Part shown: in pieces, positions 60,301 through 75,279 of the stretch | Layout of the letters: each line of letters starts with the position of its first letter | How positions within the stretch are numbered: the stretch's first letter is position 1 | Program-made: the position numbers and the translations under genes | Notes under the pieces: generated by a model | What the model saw: only the letters and a program-made list of their open reading frames with translations | What the model was told of the DNA's origin: nothing | Database searches by the model: none | Origin: Octopus vulgaris | Lineage: Eukaryota | DNA: 124,000 nucleotides | Reading direction: 5' to 3' | NCBI GenBank assembly: GCA_951406725.2 | Contig: OX597815.1 | Span: forward strand, 35,608,001-35,732,000

Positions 60301-60485
60301 CTGTAGTTTGTGATTATTTATATCTTAACCTTTTTTTTTTCAATTTTAGAAAGTTTAAGAATCAACTTCTTTAGTGGGAACTAATTAAAGGTATATTCAT
60401 TGTTTTCCATGGACGATAATACCCCAACAATACGAATTTTTGACTTTACGAATCTAGTCAGGAACGACTATATGTATATATGTAC

Positions 60486-60518
<33 letters not shown>

Positions 60519-60520
60519 CA

Positions 60521-63500
60521 CTAGCAGAGATACCCGGCGTTGCCCGGTTACATTCAATAGAAGAATTAGACTTTTCTGTTATATATATATATATGGATAC
60601 ACAAACACATACACACACAAATATATGTATATTAATATAAATACATGAAAGTACATGAATTTTGTTAAAAAAAAGGGGATCTTGTATATACCTCCTGGCT
60701 GTTGAGATTATAACACCTCGTTGTAAACAATGTTCCTTGTTTTTCCTTGTGGAGCATATACAAGAAGGTTTCTTTTGGTTCCTACTCTTGAGCAGCCAAC
60801 ATACAGTTGCCTATGCGAGAAGCAGGGCTCTTCCAAGAGAAGACCAGCTACAGAGAGGGTTTGACCCTGAGATTTGTTAATGGACATGGCAAAGCTGACA
60901 CGAAGGGGGAATTGCAGTCTTCTGAATGTAAATGGAATTTCTGCTCCTGATGGAGTAAGAGGAAATCTTGGAATAAAGACGTCATCACCTTTTCCACATC
61001 CAGAAAGAATGATCGCCTCGATAACGTGTGATATCATTTTCTTTATCACCAGTCGTGTTCCATTGCAAAGTCTTGGTGGTTCCAGATTGCGGAGTAGCAT
61101 TACAGGAGTTCCAACTTTAAGTGGTAATATGTGTGGAGGTAGTCGAAGAGGCTCCAGTGAATTGAGAAATTCAGGAGGATAGTTCACAACTTCATTTATA
61201 TCTGGAATTGTATCAACAGACTTGTAAGTGTGTCTAGTGCCGGGAAGAGAATGCATTAGCTGTTGATTAATTTTGTTAACAGCGACGTTTTTTGGAGCTA
61301 ATATGGCTCTTTCACACCGCCAATTGTGATTTTGGTAGTTTTGTGTGAAGTTGGGAAAGACTTTGTTTTTGAGGTCATCTACAGAATGAACAACAGAGGA
61401 AAATGACCACATGTTCCATTTGTCCTGCAGCATCGAGAGGCATCTTGCCTTCACCAAGTGTCAAAATGTCGTGTGCAAACTTTGTGGACATTTTGTCGCC
61501 TTGTAGCTGAGCTCTCATGTTAGTGGTGAGACTAAAGATTGCAACATGATGACATAGGGTAGAGGACTTTAGGCATGCTTGAACTTCATCAGCTCTAGTG
61601 CCTTTCGGAATGATAGGAAGAGTTTGCCTGAAATCACCTGACAACAGAAGCGTTACACCTCCCATTGGAGCCTGACAGTCACGGATGTCTTTCAGGGTTC
61701 TATCTAATGCTTCCAAAGCTCCCTTGTGAGCCATAGTGCACTCAGCCAGACAATTACATAACACATTTTAAGTACTTGTCCCTGATCTGAGCTTTTGTTG
61801 ATGTTGCATGAGAGGGAGTTTAAAAGTTGAGTGTGCTGTCCTGCCACCGGGTAACAAAGTAGCTGCAATGCCAGAGGAGGCTACAGCTACTGCAATGTCC
61901 TGATGCTACCTAACTTCTGCAAGGAGAAGCTTTGTAATAAATGTTTTTTCTGTCCCTCCAGGAGCACCGAGGAAGAAGATTGGTCCCTCGCGTTGGCGTA
62001 CACTGTTAAGAATAGTTCTGTAGGCCTGCAGCTGGTCCGGAAGTAATTTAGGCTCATTTTCAACAATGTACTTTGAAAGCGCTTGAGTGTCGTAGGTTGT
62101 TTCACGAATGACAGCAGTGGGAAGGCTATTTGACCTTGACCTGAATGCTTATGGCAGGCCATACGTCGACAATTCATTTCCACCCAGTTTATCAATTCTG
62201 TCTTCAACGTCAATGAGTGTTTTGTTATAGATTTCATTGCTGATACCCTCCATGTCAGGATAGAGCAGTTGAGCTTGGCGCTGAAGGGGACAATGTTTTT
62301 GAGATTCCGGTTCGAATGTAAGGCAGGATTGAAAGTGTTCCCAACAGTTATTAGTTGTAGTGGTAGAGTGTTTATGCCGAATATGTACGTATGTATATAT
62401 ATGTATGCATGCCTGTATATATGTACAAAATCCACTGAGAAGGCTTTTGATGGTCTGAAGCTACAGCAGAAGACACATGCCAAGTCACCACACAGTGGGA
62501 CCGAACCCAGGACCATGTGTTTGGAACGTAGTTTGTTACCACACAGCCACACCTGCCCCTACGTATGTGTGTGTGTGTGCGTGTGTGTTATGGGTAGATA
62601 TGTTATGCATGTATATATGTGTATATATATGTGTACATATTACATGTACATCTATATATATACATCTACACATAAAATACAAAATACAAAGTTATATCAT
62701 GATATCGCTAGTGATAACAATACTCAAAATATATAACAGACTGGAATTGTAGGCCCGTCTCTTGCAATTTCGATCAATTGGATCTTGTCCTCCCTCTTGT
62801 ATAGAAGTGTACGGCTGCAGCGAAATTCAATTTTGGACTTTCTTCTTTCGAAGGCATTTTAACAAAAATGCTTCCGTAAAGACAGTGAAAATATTGTCAA
62901 TTACCCCAAACAGGGACATAATTCAATTTTTAAACAATAACCAAAGCCCCTTCTCCGAAAGGGGGAGGGTTACGGTTTACAATTATTTAACAAATGCAAC
63001 ACAACAACGTTTCCCTGACGAGGAACCAACAAACGTGATTACAATAGTCAAACAGTAATAATAATAACAACAAACCTTTTTAATTTATCCCCATTTATGT
63101 GAAACCGCTTATTCAAGTTCAAGTCATTGATGCAATTTTATACGAATTGCTAATACACACACACACACACACACACACACATAATAAGAGTGAAAAATTG
63201 AATATTAATTTGATTAATATGAATTGAAAACCAGTGGTGTAGCATATAAGACCATAGCGGATCTTCCTCTAGCAAAAAGGATGACAACTATTAATGGCTC
63301 ATCCCTGTTATATAATACTTTCACTTTAATAGTTTCACACTTGCAAAGAGAAAGTGTGGTGGTAATAGCAGGAGTAAACCACTTGAAATGAGAGAGGCAA
63401 ATCGTAAAATATTGAGTTTTCTTGAATTTTTGCTTAATTGAGGGTCAAACTGAAAAAATTTATATGCCATGACCCAATCGAATCTACTTCGAAAAATCAT

Positions 63501-63593
63501 AGGTAAATTCCAATTGAAAAAAATCTATATTGTAGAATTGTATTAAAAAGGAACATGGGAACAGGCAGAGAAAATCTGCCTTTTATCATAAGA
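60521..63593 (-). mobile_element. Internally deleted Helitron retaining a Pif1 helicase remnant
   Basis: FFLGAPGGTEKTF, SGDFRQTLP, RRLQFPLRVSFAMSINKSQGQTL; 3' hairpin plus CTAG at 60521; 5' TC end at 63593. Confidence 0.9.
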
Positions 63594-63658
63594 TATATAT
63601 ATATATATATACACACACACACGCACATACACACATATATATATACATATAGACAGAC

Positions 63659-63741
<83 letters not shown>

Positions 63742-64486
63742 GCATGTCTGACAGTCTTTAAAACATGAAATTGCCTCTATACGGTCACTCCAGTTAGATT
63801 AAGTCACTTTTGTTTTCCTTATATCACAATTTTTTATATCATTTATATCATTATATCATTTTTTGAATATACCTATTTATTGAATAATGCTTCTAGTAAT
63901 ATATTAAACGGTCATAGTCATGCCTTTTGCATCCTGCTCACTCAGAACCGACCTTGAACTAAACCACAAAACCAACGTCATAGGTAAACCATTAAGTGCA
64001 AAGTAACAATGCATTGCTATAAGTCTTTCCGTATCTACTCAGAATCCGGAACTCTTACACGGAACTTAGCTAATCGTACTCCATGAACTATTTAGATTTC
64101 TTTTAAGTTTTTTCTTTTTAGTTATTATTAAAGTATCAGATTTATTGTTATCATTGTTTAAAAAGAATATTATGTTTAGAGAATCATGCAAAGTATTCTT
64201 ATGTACATTAAAGTACACTAGGATATAGTTTTATTTGTCGTTTCTTTGTTTCCGAATTTTCCATCAAAACCCCGTTTTCAAAGAGAAGGTGTAACTGTGT
64301 CGTTAGAAGTTTGTTTCCTTACCACATGGTTCCAGATTCAGTTCCACTGCATGGTGCTTTGGGCAAGTGTCTTCTACTATAGCCCCGGCCGATCGCAACA
64401 ACATAGCAAAAAAAAAAACAAGAACAACAACGGGTGTCTTTCGACTAATATGGACAAGCAAAACTGAGCTGGCGTGTAAAGTAGAA

Positions 64487-64539
<53 letters not shown>

Positions 64540-64544
<5 letters not shown>

Positions 64545-64720
64545 CCACTACACTCACGGAGTGGTTGGCGTTAGGAAGGGCATCCAGCCGTAGAAACATT
64601 GCCATATCAGACTGGGCCTGGCGCAGCCTTCTGGCTTCCCAGACCCCAGTTGAACCGTCCAACCCATGCTAGCATGGAAAGCGAACGCTAAATGATGATG
64701 GTGATGATGATGATGATAAG
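64540..64720 (+). mobile_element. LINE 3' UTR-type repeat with (ATG)n tail (also 97550-97895)
   Basis: Shared cggagtggttggcgttaggaagggcatccag...ccaacccatgctagc sequence. Confidence 0.6.
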
Positions 64721-65733
64721 CGCATGTGTGTATGTTTTTGTGTCTGTTCCCCACCATCGCTTGAAAACAGATGTTGGTTTGTTTGTGTCCACCTAACTTA
64801 GTGGTTCGACAAAGTAACTGATAGAATAAGTACCAGGCTTTAAAAACAAGACCTGGAACTGATTCGTTCGGCTAATACACTTCAAGGCGGTGTCTCAGCA
64901 TAGTCCAGTCCAATGAATGAAACAAATGAAAGATAAAAAGCGGTACGTAGAAAGGAAAGTGAATCAGACGAATCAACAAACAGACGAACAACTCAACCCG
65001 GATGTCGAGTGATCCGCTTCAAAAGATTTCATTCTAATCAGCAAGCACTCATATACTTCCTGCTAAGCAGAGTGAACGAATCAACAGTAAGTTCCCGCGA
65101 TCAAGAAATAAATGAATGAACATACTTTGGTCATCGATGATTAGTCGGAATATTTTGATTAATCTGTTTCGGCGATATTTGAAGCAAAATTTGAACAAAT
65201 TTGAAGGCCAAAACAATGCATTTATTATATAGACCCGTTGATTGGCTTTCTTTCTCTTTATTTAATTTTTTTAGCCTGATTTCCAATCACAAAGATCCCC
65301 TTTCCATCGAGTTCATTTTTTTGGTCTTTGTTGCCATACACATTCGGTAGCTTTCTTACAACGGGGTCTAATGCTCTTAGCTTAGACTTTTTGGGGGCAA
65401 CCAGATCGAACTGTTTCAAGTGTAACTGCTCGAAACGGTCGTGACCTCAGTTACTTGACGAAAGAAGGCCACGAGTGACCCGTCTTATAAAGAGACAGGG
65501 GTTTAAAGTTTGAGGTAGAGAAGAGATAAAAGTAACCCGGAAAGAGAGGGTTATAGGTATGGAAGTAGTGAGGGCAGGTAAAGGTATTCAGACCGAAAAG
65601 TTTTTATAAGTTGTAGTGTTACAGGTGCTATTGTATGTATGATTTTATAGTTTCTAGGGGATATGTGATTTTGTCGAAAGGAGACTTACATAAAGTCATT
65701 AAAAATATACATAACATGATCAGTGGGTTAGAA

Positions 65734-65934
65734 CAGTGGTTTTCAACCAGGGTTCCGCCAGTACAGTGCAGTGGTTCCGCAAGAAGTTACAAAACTGCTA
65801 AAATCGGCAGGGATTTTTAAGTCTCCTGTGCAGATATGTGTGCATAAGACTATTAAATTATTGCACAGGGGTTCATCGAGCCAGTGGAATGTTTCCTTGG
65901 GGTTCCGCTCCAGCAAAAAGTTTGAAAAGCACTG
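65734..65934. mobile_element. hAT-type MITE with 8-bp TSD (related elements at 5041-5274, 93213-93459)
   Basis: TIR cagtg(g/c)ttttcaa; TSD ggttagaa on both sides. Confidence 0.85.
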
Positions 65935-66209
65935 GGTTAGAACATAGAAAGTTAAGTAGTGTAATCAACAAAAGAGGATGAAGTCAGACTAACCAGTCAG
66001 GGGTTATCATGAGATAGTATTATATATAGCACACCACATACCATAACACATAGTTTATAACATATGCAATTCAATTTAATTCACCATATAACATAATATC
66101 CCATGATTTTATTATATTTACAACGGATACGACACCAACATTAATTCCCTCCTTCAAAGTTCAAGTATGGCACCTGTAATCGTTAGTTTCGAAAATACTT
66201 AAATATACG

Positions 66210-67150
66210 GGTGACGCTATGCATGCATGATACCCTTAAGTGGAGTTGGTATCTCTGGGTGCATGAACTAAATGGGATCTCCCTAACAAGAAGCTCACAT
66301 GGACCGGCCTGTGGAGATTGGAATCTTTGCACATCTTCCTGCTATAGCTGGTATATGACACACTCCCGACACAAACAAACCTGCACAGATGGGGTTTGCG
66401 AGAAGACCAGCTGTGTAGACTTTGTGGAAAAAGGGGGCACTCTGGCACACATTTTGGCAGGGTGCAGAATAGTACTTTCTCAACGCAGATATAAATGGCG
66501 CCACGATAGGGTGCTTGCAACACTTGCTCATACCATGGAGCATGAAAGGCGCAAGAAACATCATCACCAAGGGAATGCAACAGCAGCAATTAATTCCATG
66601 AAAGAGGGAGAGAGACCAGTAAAGTCAGCAAAAACAATACATACCTTGCTGCAAGGATCTCAACCATGGGATATGAAAGTGGGCTTAAGGAAGAGATTGC
66701 ACTTTCCCCAGTTTGTCCATACAACCCTGAGGCCAAATGTGGTCCTGTGGTCTGAAAAGTCCAAGAAAGTTATCGTAATTGAACTAACAGTCCCGTGGAA
66801 AGTAGGGTAGGATGAGGCCCATGAACAGAAGCGTGCCAGATATGAGAGCCTTCTGCAGAATTGCAGGGAGAAGGGATGACAGGTATGGCTTTTCACAGTT
66901 GAGGTTGACTGTAGGGAATTCCCTACTCAGTCGACATGGATGATGCTTACAACAATTGGAACGAGAGGTAAGGAGCAAAGCGTGGCTGTGCGCAGGATGG
67001 GAGAGGTAGCTGAAACAGCCCCTTGTTGGCTTTGGAGTAAGAGAGAAGAGTTAAGCTGGAAGCCAGAACGAAATGAGGAGCAGTGACTTGGTCACCTCTC
67101 TAACCCACCAGCGGAAGGGTGTTACAGTGCAGGTTCGAAACACCCGATGA
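66210..67150 (+). mobile_element. HERO-like RLE non-LTR retrotransposon 3' fragment
   Basis: DTLPTQTNLHRWG, CRLCGKR/GTLAHILAGC, RYKWRHDRVL and RPNVVLWSEKSKKVIVIELTVPW motifs. Confidence 0.8.
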
Positions 67151-67162
67151 ATGTTGGATACC

Positions 67163-67394
67163 TATTTCTTTATTACCCACAAGGGGCTAAACACAGAGGG
67201 GACAAACAAGGACAGACATAGGTATTAAGTCGATTACATCGACCCCAGTGCGTAACTGGTACTTAATTTATCGACCCCGAAAGGATGAAAAGCAAAGTCG
67301 ACCTCGGCGGAATTCGAACTCACAACGTAACGCAGACGAAATACCGCTAAGCATTTCGCCCGGCGTGCTAACGTTTCTGCCAGCTCGCCGCCTT
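67163..67394 (-). mobile_element. Full-length SINE family A with 13-bp TSD
   Basis: TSD aatgttggatacc at 67150-67162 and 67395-67407. Confidence 0.95.
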
Positions 67395-67507
67395 AATGTT
67401 GGATACCGTCTGACAACATCAGTTCCTCTTGGCTAAGGCTCCATTCACTTTGGTGAATGGATAAAGCACCTCCTTATAAGTGTTATTAACATACATACGC
67501 ATAATAT

Positions 67508-67567
<60 letters not shown>

Positions 67568-67568
67568 G

Positions 67569-67672
<104 letters not shown>

Positions 67673-67794
67673 GAGAAAGAGAGAGAGAGAGAGAGAGCGT
67701 TCCAGACCTATGCCGAAATTCTTCAAATGTTGAAAATCCTGGATTCACGACGGTAACACCGTTGTAGGGATTATACACGTATATAAACAATATA

Positions 67795-68307
67795 TCTATA
67801 TATATAAAACTGTAGTTGTGTGAGTGTCTGTCCCCTTCGATTTAGATTCCTAACTACTCCCACATTTTGCGGTGCAGTTTAACCAAATTTGGGTATCTTA
67901 TAGTCGTGATTCATATCGAGCCCGTCTGAGTATTAGCGCGCATCTACGATGAGTCTACGATTTTAAAAATAATTTAACATCATTTTTTATTCCATTTTAA
68001 TGCATAATTTTTCGTGTGTCGATGGCGGCGGAGTTGGCGTCCATGGTCACACCTGCACCTGTTTTCTTCTCCCCCTTCTTCCCTCCCTCGTGAAGCTGTG
68101 GGGAAGGGAATGTAAGGAAATCAACGTCGTAAAGCGTTGTCAAGGAGACCAGCGTTCTTTTAGAACAACGACTTCATGGCTTGAAGACACCAAAACAGAA
68201 ATGGCTAAGAAAGCCCGAATTGGCATCCATAAGGGAAGTAACTCTCTAAAAATGCTTATATAGTTATTTCCCTTACAAACCCGAGCAACGCCGGGCGATA
68301 CTGCTAG
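67795..68307 (+). mobile_element. Non-autonomous Helitron
   Basis: 5' TC, 3' hairpin plus CTAG; homologous to 34530-34928. Confidence 0.85.
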
Positions 68308-68455
68308 TACAAGTATATAAATCGATTATCTTACATCGTCACTTGAATGGTTCTGTAGCTGTTTGAATACTCAGTGACGATTTCCGTCCTGGAGGGAACT
68401 GCGTCAGGCAGCTCCTACACCCGGACGGAAACCGTGCTGCGTGTCAGTGACCAAC

Positions 68456-68527
<72 letters not shown>

Positions 68528-68893
68528 ATGTATGTATGTATGTATGTATGTATGAATGGATTTGCCTTTTATCCATTCGGATTCAGTACCGAAAAACATA
68601 ATGTGTGTCTTGCCAAGGAGGCGGCAGGTTAGCAGAACTGTAAGGACGTCGGACCGGTTGCTTTGCAGTATTTATTCCGGCTCTTTGCGTTCTGAGTTCA
68701 GATCCCACCGTGGCCTACTTGGGTGATAGGTTTTAACTCGTCATTTGGTCCAACACCACCATTTGGTATTTCCGGTGACTTTAGCGGAGTCTTATCTGTT
68801 GCAAGCATACGGAACAGGCTTCCGTTGTGGGGATCGTTTCCACCAGTCTCGGACTCCTTCCCACCTGAACAAAACATGCACACACACACACAT

Positions 68894-68935
<42 letters not shown>

Positions 68936-68938
<3 letters not shown>

Positions 68939-69923
68939 CATTCATACTTTGAATTTGGTGATACTAGCTGTGGCTTCTAGCTCGCTCTGATACTGAGTTG
69001 AGTTGGTGCCTTCTAGTATCTCAAAATTCAATATTCAATCATTCATGATTGTTAGTATCCTGCGCTGATGAAAGAAGAAGTCTGGGTAAAGTAGAGTTAT
69101 CTAATTCTTATGATTTCCTAAGACTTGATCTCGAAACGTACGTCCGTAGGTGACTTAAAACTGTATGATAGATTGCCGTTAATTCATTCTCTTTTACCTG
69201 TTTGTGTTTGCCTTTCAAATGCTGTGCCTTTACTGTGATCTCCCTTTTAGTAGAAGAAATAGCTATAATCTCTTTGACTGCTATTTCTAAATTCGGTGTG
69301 TGGTAAGGCAATTCGTTGCTAAACCCTTAATTGCTTAGTATTACTTAAATTTTCCTCGAATGAGGCTTTTACATGCCGAAGACTACTTGGTGTAATTGAT
69401 AATTGTTCCAAATTAATTAATTTCACCCTTCATTGTTACTCATAAACCATATTCATCCCAGTAAATGACCACAGCACTTTGTCCTGGCTACACGCGGGTG
69501 GGAAGGGACTGGTGACACAAGCTTTCATTCATACTTTGAATTTGGTGATACTAGCTGTGGCTTCTAGCTCGCTCTGATACTGAGTTGAGTTGGTGCCTTC
69601 TAGTATCTCAAAATTCAATATTCAATCATTCATGATTGTTAGTATTCTGCGCTGATGAAAGAAGAAGTCTGGGTAAAGTAGAGTTATCTAATTCTTATGA
69701 TTTCCTAAGACTTGATCTCGAAACGTACGTCCGTAGGTGACTTAAAACTGTATGATAGATTGCCGTTAATTCATTCTCTTTTACCTGTTTGTGTTTGCCT
69801 TTCAAATGCTGTGCCTTTACTGTGATCTCCCTTTTAGTAGAAGAATAGCTATAATCTCTTTGACTGCTATTTCTAAATTCGGTGTGTGGTAAGGCAATTC
69901 GTTGCTAAACCCTTAATTGCTTA

Positions 69924-69927
<4 letters not shown>
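68936..69927. repeat. Direct duplication of ~405 bp bracketed by (TA)n
   Basis: 68936-69341 is nearly identical to 69523-69927. Confidence 0.9.
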
Positions 69928-69966
<39 letters not shown>

Positions 69967-70566
69967 GTACGTCAAAGTCGATCTCGGCGAAATTTGAACT
70001 CAAAACGTAAAGACAGAAGAAATACAGTTAAGCATTTCACCCGACGCGCTAACGTTTCTGCCAGCTCACCGCCTTAGAAAGTAAAAGTTGATATTTTCTT
70101 TATTCTTATAGCTAAAGCGTTACTCCCTTACTTTTACTGACAGGAAATTTCGTAACATTTTACCTCATAACTATTTTTCTACTAAATATTGTTCAATGCG
70201 ACTAGTGATTCTGAATTTCTCATGCATTTTTCTATCATTTAAGCCCAAGAAAGGTATACTTTTAATTCAAATTTAAATAGTTTATGTTAATTGAAGGTGA
70301 ATAGGTGCCTTACTACTCCCCTTGAGGTCGTAGATATTTTGACGTTACTTTTTTTTCTACTGAACCAAATCTTAAACTATTTATGCCAAAGTGTAGCTGA
70401 GGAAGTGTCCTCTTTAAAACTATTAAGTTTGCAATTTAGTTGAGAACTGAATTAGTGAAGTTTGGAAGCTGCTGTGATTGACGAAATGGTGCACTTAAGA
70501 ATATATTCAACCACTACCGTGGTTGAATGATACATGTATATGCATATACATACATGCATACATATA

Positions 70567-70622
<56 letters not shown>

Positions 70623-70702
70623 TATGTATATACATACATATATATATATATACATATATACATACAAATATATATGTGTGTATGTATATATACATACATA
70701 CA

Positions 70703-70735
<33 letters not shown>

Positions 70736-70767
70736 GCATACATACATATATGTGTATATATATATAC

Positions 70768-70812
<45 letters not shown>

Positions 70813-70832
70813 TGTATATATGCATACCTACA

Positions 70833-70874
<42 letters not shown>

Positions 70875-73449
70875 TGTTGGTTGCGCTCAGCGCACGACAA
70901 TTAATTATTCCCTTCAGGTTTCGGCTATTATAGTTAATCGTGTTAAATTCACACTGTCACGTGTTCATAAGGGGTCCTGTGCCGTCAGAGATGGGCTATT
71001 AAGTAATACACAGAGTGCATCAATAATGACAGAAGAGTATATGGGCTTGAACATAGTATTCCTTTATTTTGTCTGTTACGTATGTTTCAGTATACGGTAA
71101 CACATGATGTCACACTATAGTTGCAATCCATAGATGCACCTAAGGGGAACATGCATGAGTAAACACATCTTCAGACACATAACCGAGAAATGCAAGCCAC
71201 AAATATGCATTAACCAAGTTTAGATCCTTGAGAGGTACAAGGCTAAAGGAGGAGTGTCCGGGAGGATCATGATCCCCACAGCAACAAATGTGAACTAGTC
71301 TTGGTAAGAACAGACCGAACTATAGAGTAGGAGACCTAACTATAAAAGGATATAGACTCGAATTTAATATGACAAATGCATTAATGAATATATCTAATAA
71401 AGTTGCACAAGGTCTGACATATTAGTAGAACACCCGAATTCATTTACTCAGACGCCTTTTTTCTTGTGCAACGTGGCGCAGGGTGAGCAGTCAATAACAA
71501 CAAAATGACAAGATTTTGAAAATTCAGTTTTGTTTCCAATTTTTGTACCAGGATAACTTCTTATCACTAAGATGAAACTATATAAAACTATATATATTCT
71601 GAACATATACCTAATGGTGAGTATAAAAATCTAAAAAATACAGCATTTGGAACTACTCTAAATATGAAGTTTTATCCCCTGAAAATGAGTCAAAATTAAA
71701 TTCTCACTATGGTAGGTAGTTCAGAACTGCGAAAATCGATTAGAAAAACTTTAGAACCTGGAAATGGCTATACAAAAATTACGAAGTGATTGATCAATGG
71801 GACCTCATACATTTATAATATCTTTATAGATTCAGGGGGGGGGGGGGCGAAAAGAAGAAAGATTCTTCTAGTCTCATATTGAGAGTTGATGGGTCAACCA
71901 TAAAAGTTTTCTTAGACCATATTTTGCCTCCAAAGTTGAATAACAATTAGTAAAACGAGTAAAATGTCAAACATAACATAGAAAGCGAAATAAATCAAAA
72001 ACAGTTCGCCAGGTTAATACGTATGATATCAAACTTTGTAAATGTTTAATATCATTGCATGAAATATTATTGAAACGATTAGTTATGTTTCCAAAAGAAG
72101 GATCGACGTTTTTACAATTATGTCTTTTACTGAAATCCAACAAATATTTTTTTAGCCAGAAAAATTGACTGGCGGAGCCTTTAGGACGAAAGAACTTTAC
72201 ACTAATATCAGAGTGTTCAGCTGAAACATAATTGCCACTCCGAAGTACCAATCATTATCGTACCGACACACATAGTTATCTTGTAGTGGCTGTCCTCATG
72301 AATGATTTCCAGATACAAGACTCGTGGATATGTCATTATATATTCACTAGAATGACCTTTTTTTTTTCAGTCAGGTACTCGTCGAGCAAAATGCATGGCA
72401 GTGTTGCGTCCGTCTTCACGTTCTGAATCAATATGTTTTTGGGGTCAATAAAATAAGTATCAGTAGAGTACTGGAATTGATGTAATCGACTTACCCCTCC
72501 CCAAAAATTGCTGGCCTTGTGCCAAAATTTCAAACCGATGGAACCCACCGTGGGGATCGCCTCATCACCTACCTTCAATAAAGCAGTGTTCCTTTATCTA
72601 ATGGCCGACATTTTATGTCTGTCTTTGTATTGTCCTCCCTCATCCTTCGCTCTGTTGGCAAATAAAAGAAATTGTTATTGTTGTAGTCGTCGTTGTCGTT
72701 GTTGTTGTTGTTGTTGTTACTACAGTTGCTGCTACTGTTATTGTTATAACAGCCCTAGGAAGTCTCCCTCTTTTCGGGAATTTTGGTTATAATTGTATAT
72801 TGTTAGTTTTGTTTTTACTTTTTACATGCCTCTTTTATAACTCCGCATTGCATTGTCTGATACTCTCCCCAATGCTTTTCGTGAACCCTTAAGGGTTAGA
72901 GTGAGAGAGCAATGCATCCCATCTAAGTAACATTGGGGTACAAATATACGAAGCCCAATATACCTACTATGACTACCCGTCTGATAAGGGCACACCAGGC
73001 ACATACATCACAACCATATGTGAGCGACATGGTGATCTTATACCAGGACAAACAGCGCATGACCTTGTAGATGGGGCCCAGTTACAATTTTCTTCAGATT
73101 GAGTAGTGCATGCCGCACAAAAGGTCCCTGAATAAGGTTTGTTTAAGGATGATGAACAAAACGCCCATGTTTCCAGAGGTGAATTATTCAAACCCCGAAG
73201 AATTCCTCTCAACACATGGCTATGATGCTCCCTCACTACATCTGCTCGTGATCAGAGATGCGCATATCGTCAGCCACTAAAGGACAGGCTCAACTGGTTA
73301 AGGTCAAGCAACTGACAAATTTGTGGTATTGAGCAGAATATCTGCTGTAACCCTTCTTTTATACAGAGACAAAACATTTACATGATGGCACTTCCAATCA
73401 ATTATGATCAAAAGCCATGAGAGCCTCTACCTGGTACTGCATTAGGGCA

Positions 73450-73511
<62 letters not shown>

Positions 73512-73695
73512 AGTGAGAGAGTAGTGCATACCATCAAAGTGACACTGGGGTAAAAGATACGAAGCCCAGTATACCCATCATGACTACCCCGTCTGATAAG
73601 GATACACCAGGCACATGCATCACAACGATACGTGCGTGACATGGTGATCTCATATCAAGATAAACAGCGCATGACCTTATTATTATTATTATTAC

Positions 73696-73809
<114 letters not shown>

Positions 73810-73810
73810 C

Positions 73811-73863
<53 letters not shown>

Positions 73864-73869
73864 CATTAG

Positions 73870-73938
<69 letters not shown>

Positions 73939-73961
73939 CATCATTATTATTATCATCATCA

Positions 73962-73997
<36 letters not shown>

Positions 73998-74792
73998 CGC
74001 AGAGGTCGAATTTGTCTTTTATTCTTTCGCAGTCGATGAAATAAGTACCAGTTGCGTACTGGGATCGATGTAAATGGCTAGCCCCTTGCTACAAAATTTT
74101 AGACTTTGTGCCTACAGTAGAAAAGAGTGTTGTTGTTGTTGTTGTTGTTGTAGTTCCTACTGCAGTTGCTGCAGTGCCTACTGCAGCTGCTCTTATTTGT
74201 ACTTAAGCATATATACGCGCATACTAGCACACACGCATACTCATACATACTCTGATGCACTCACAAACTAATACGCAAATACTCACATGACTGTATGTAG
74301 GAGTGTAAATAATTTGTCTGAAGTGTACAGACGATTCCGCTATATTATCTGCATAAAATGCTCCTACTCCGCTTGGTGGTGCTAAGTCCTAAAAAATAAC
74401 TTCAGTAACAAATAGCTTACTGTGTCCACAATGAAAACAAGGTGTGTAAATCATACTAAATTCTAAACCCTCATCTCCACTCTAAGTCGATGTTAAGAGA
74501 CTAATAAAAACTCATTGTTCTATGAAGTGCAGTTAAGTCCAAATTTTTATCTATACGAATATCTATCCATTTGGTTTGTCAGCTGACTGGTTAGTTAAGT
74601 ACCTACGTACCTATTTATCTATCTATCTGTCAATTTATCTATCTATTAATCTTGCTAGCTAGCAAGTTGTCTGCCTGTCTGTCTGTACGTGCGTATGTAC
74701 GCACGTATGTATGAATGTATGTGTGTGTATTTGTATACACACACTTGCACGCACGTTTCTTTCTATGTTAAATTATAATAAAAACAATTTTA

Positions 74793-74977
74793 GGATCTTT
74801 TCGGTTTGAACGGCAGTTTTTTAAAATAATTTCCACATAACTAAACACTTTTAAACTTCGTATACCCTAACCCTAAAACAGATTGAAATGCAATAGATCG
74901 ATAGTAGGGTCATAATTATGGGTGACAAATTCATATGACACCGCTAGAAAAAACTGCCGTTCAAACCGAAAAGATCC
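74793..74977. mobile_element. MITE with GGATC TIRs, 8-bp TSD and a CCCTAA core
   Basis: TIR ggatcttttcggtttgaacggcagttttt; TSD caatttta. Confidence 0.8.
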
Positions 74978-75279
74978 CAATTTTACATTAAACTGAAGGA
75001 TTACTCGATACTTTTGTAGAGTACAAATCTATTATTCCTCAACAAGAATAGTATTGACTGTAACTTTGAAGTTTCGGCCAAATAAGCCATCATTGGGCGT
75101 ATGATGGCTTAATCATTGTCAATACTATTCTTATAAAAGAATTCTCTCTTTCTCTCGATTAGATCTAATTACCTTTTGGTTATACACTTTTTATATGCAT
75201 CTGTATTGACTTTCTCTCTAACAATGCCTTTCCCTATATATTGCCCTTATGTAATTCTTTTCCCCAAATGAATTGCACT

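Noticed and set aside
72900-73400. Possible HDV-like ribozyme in the (TAA)n-associated repeat
   Set aside because: Could not assemble the nested double pseudoknot by eye; needs an RNAmotif/Infernal search.
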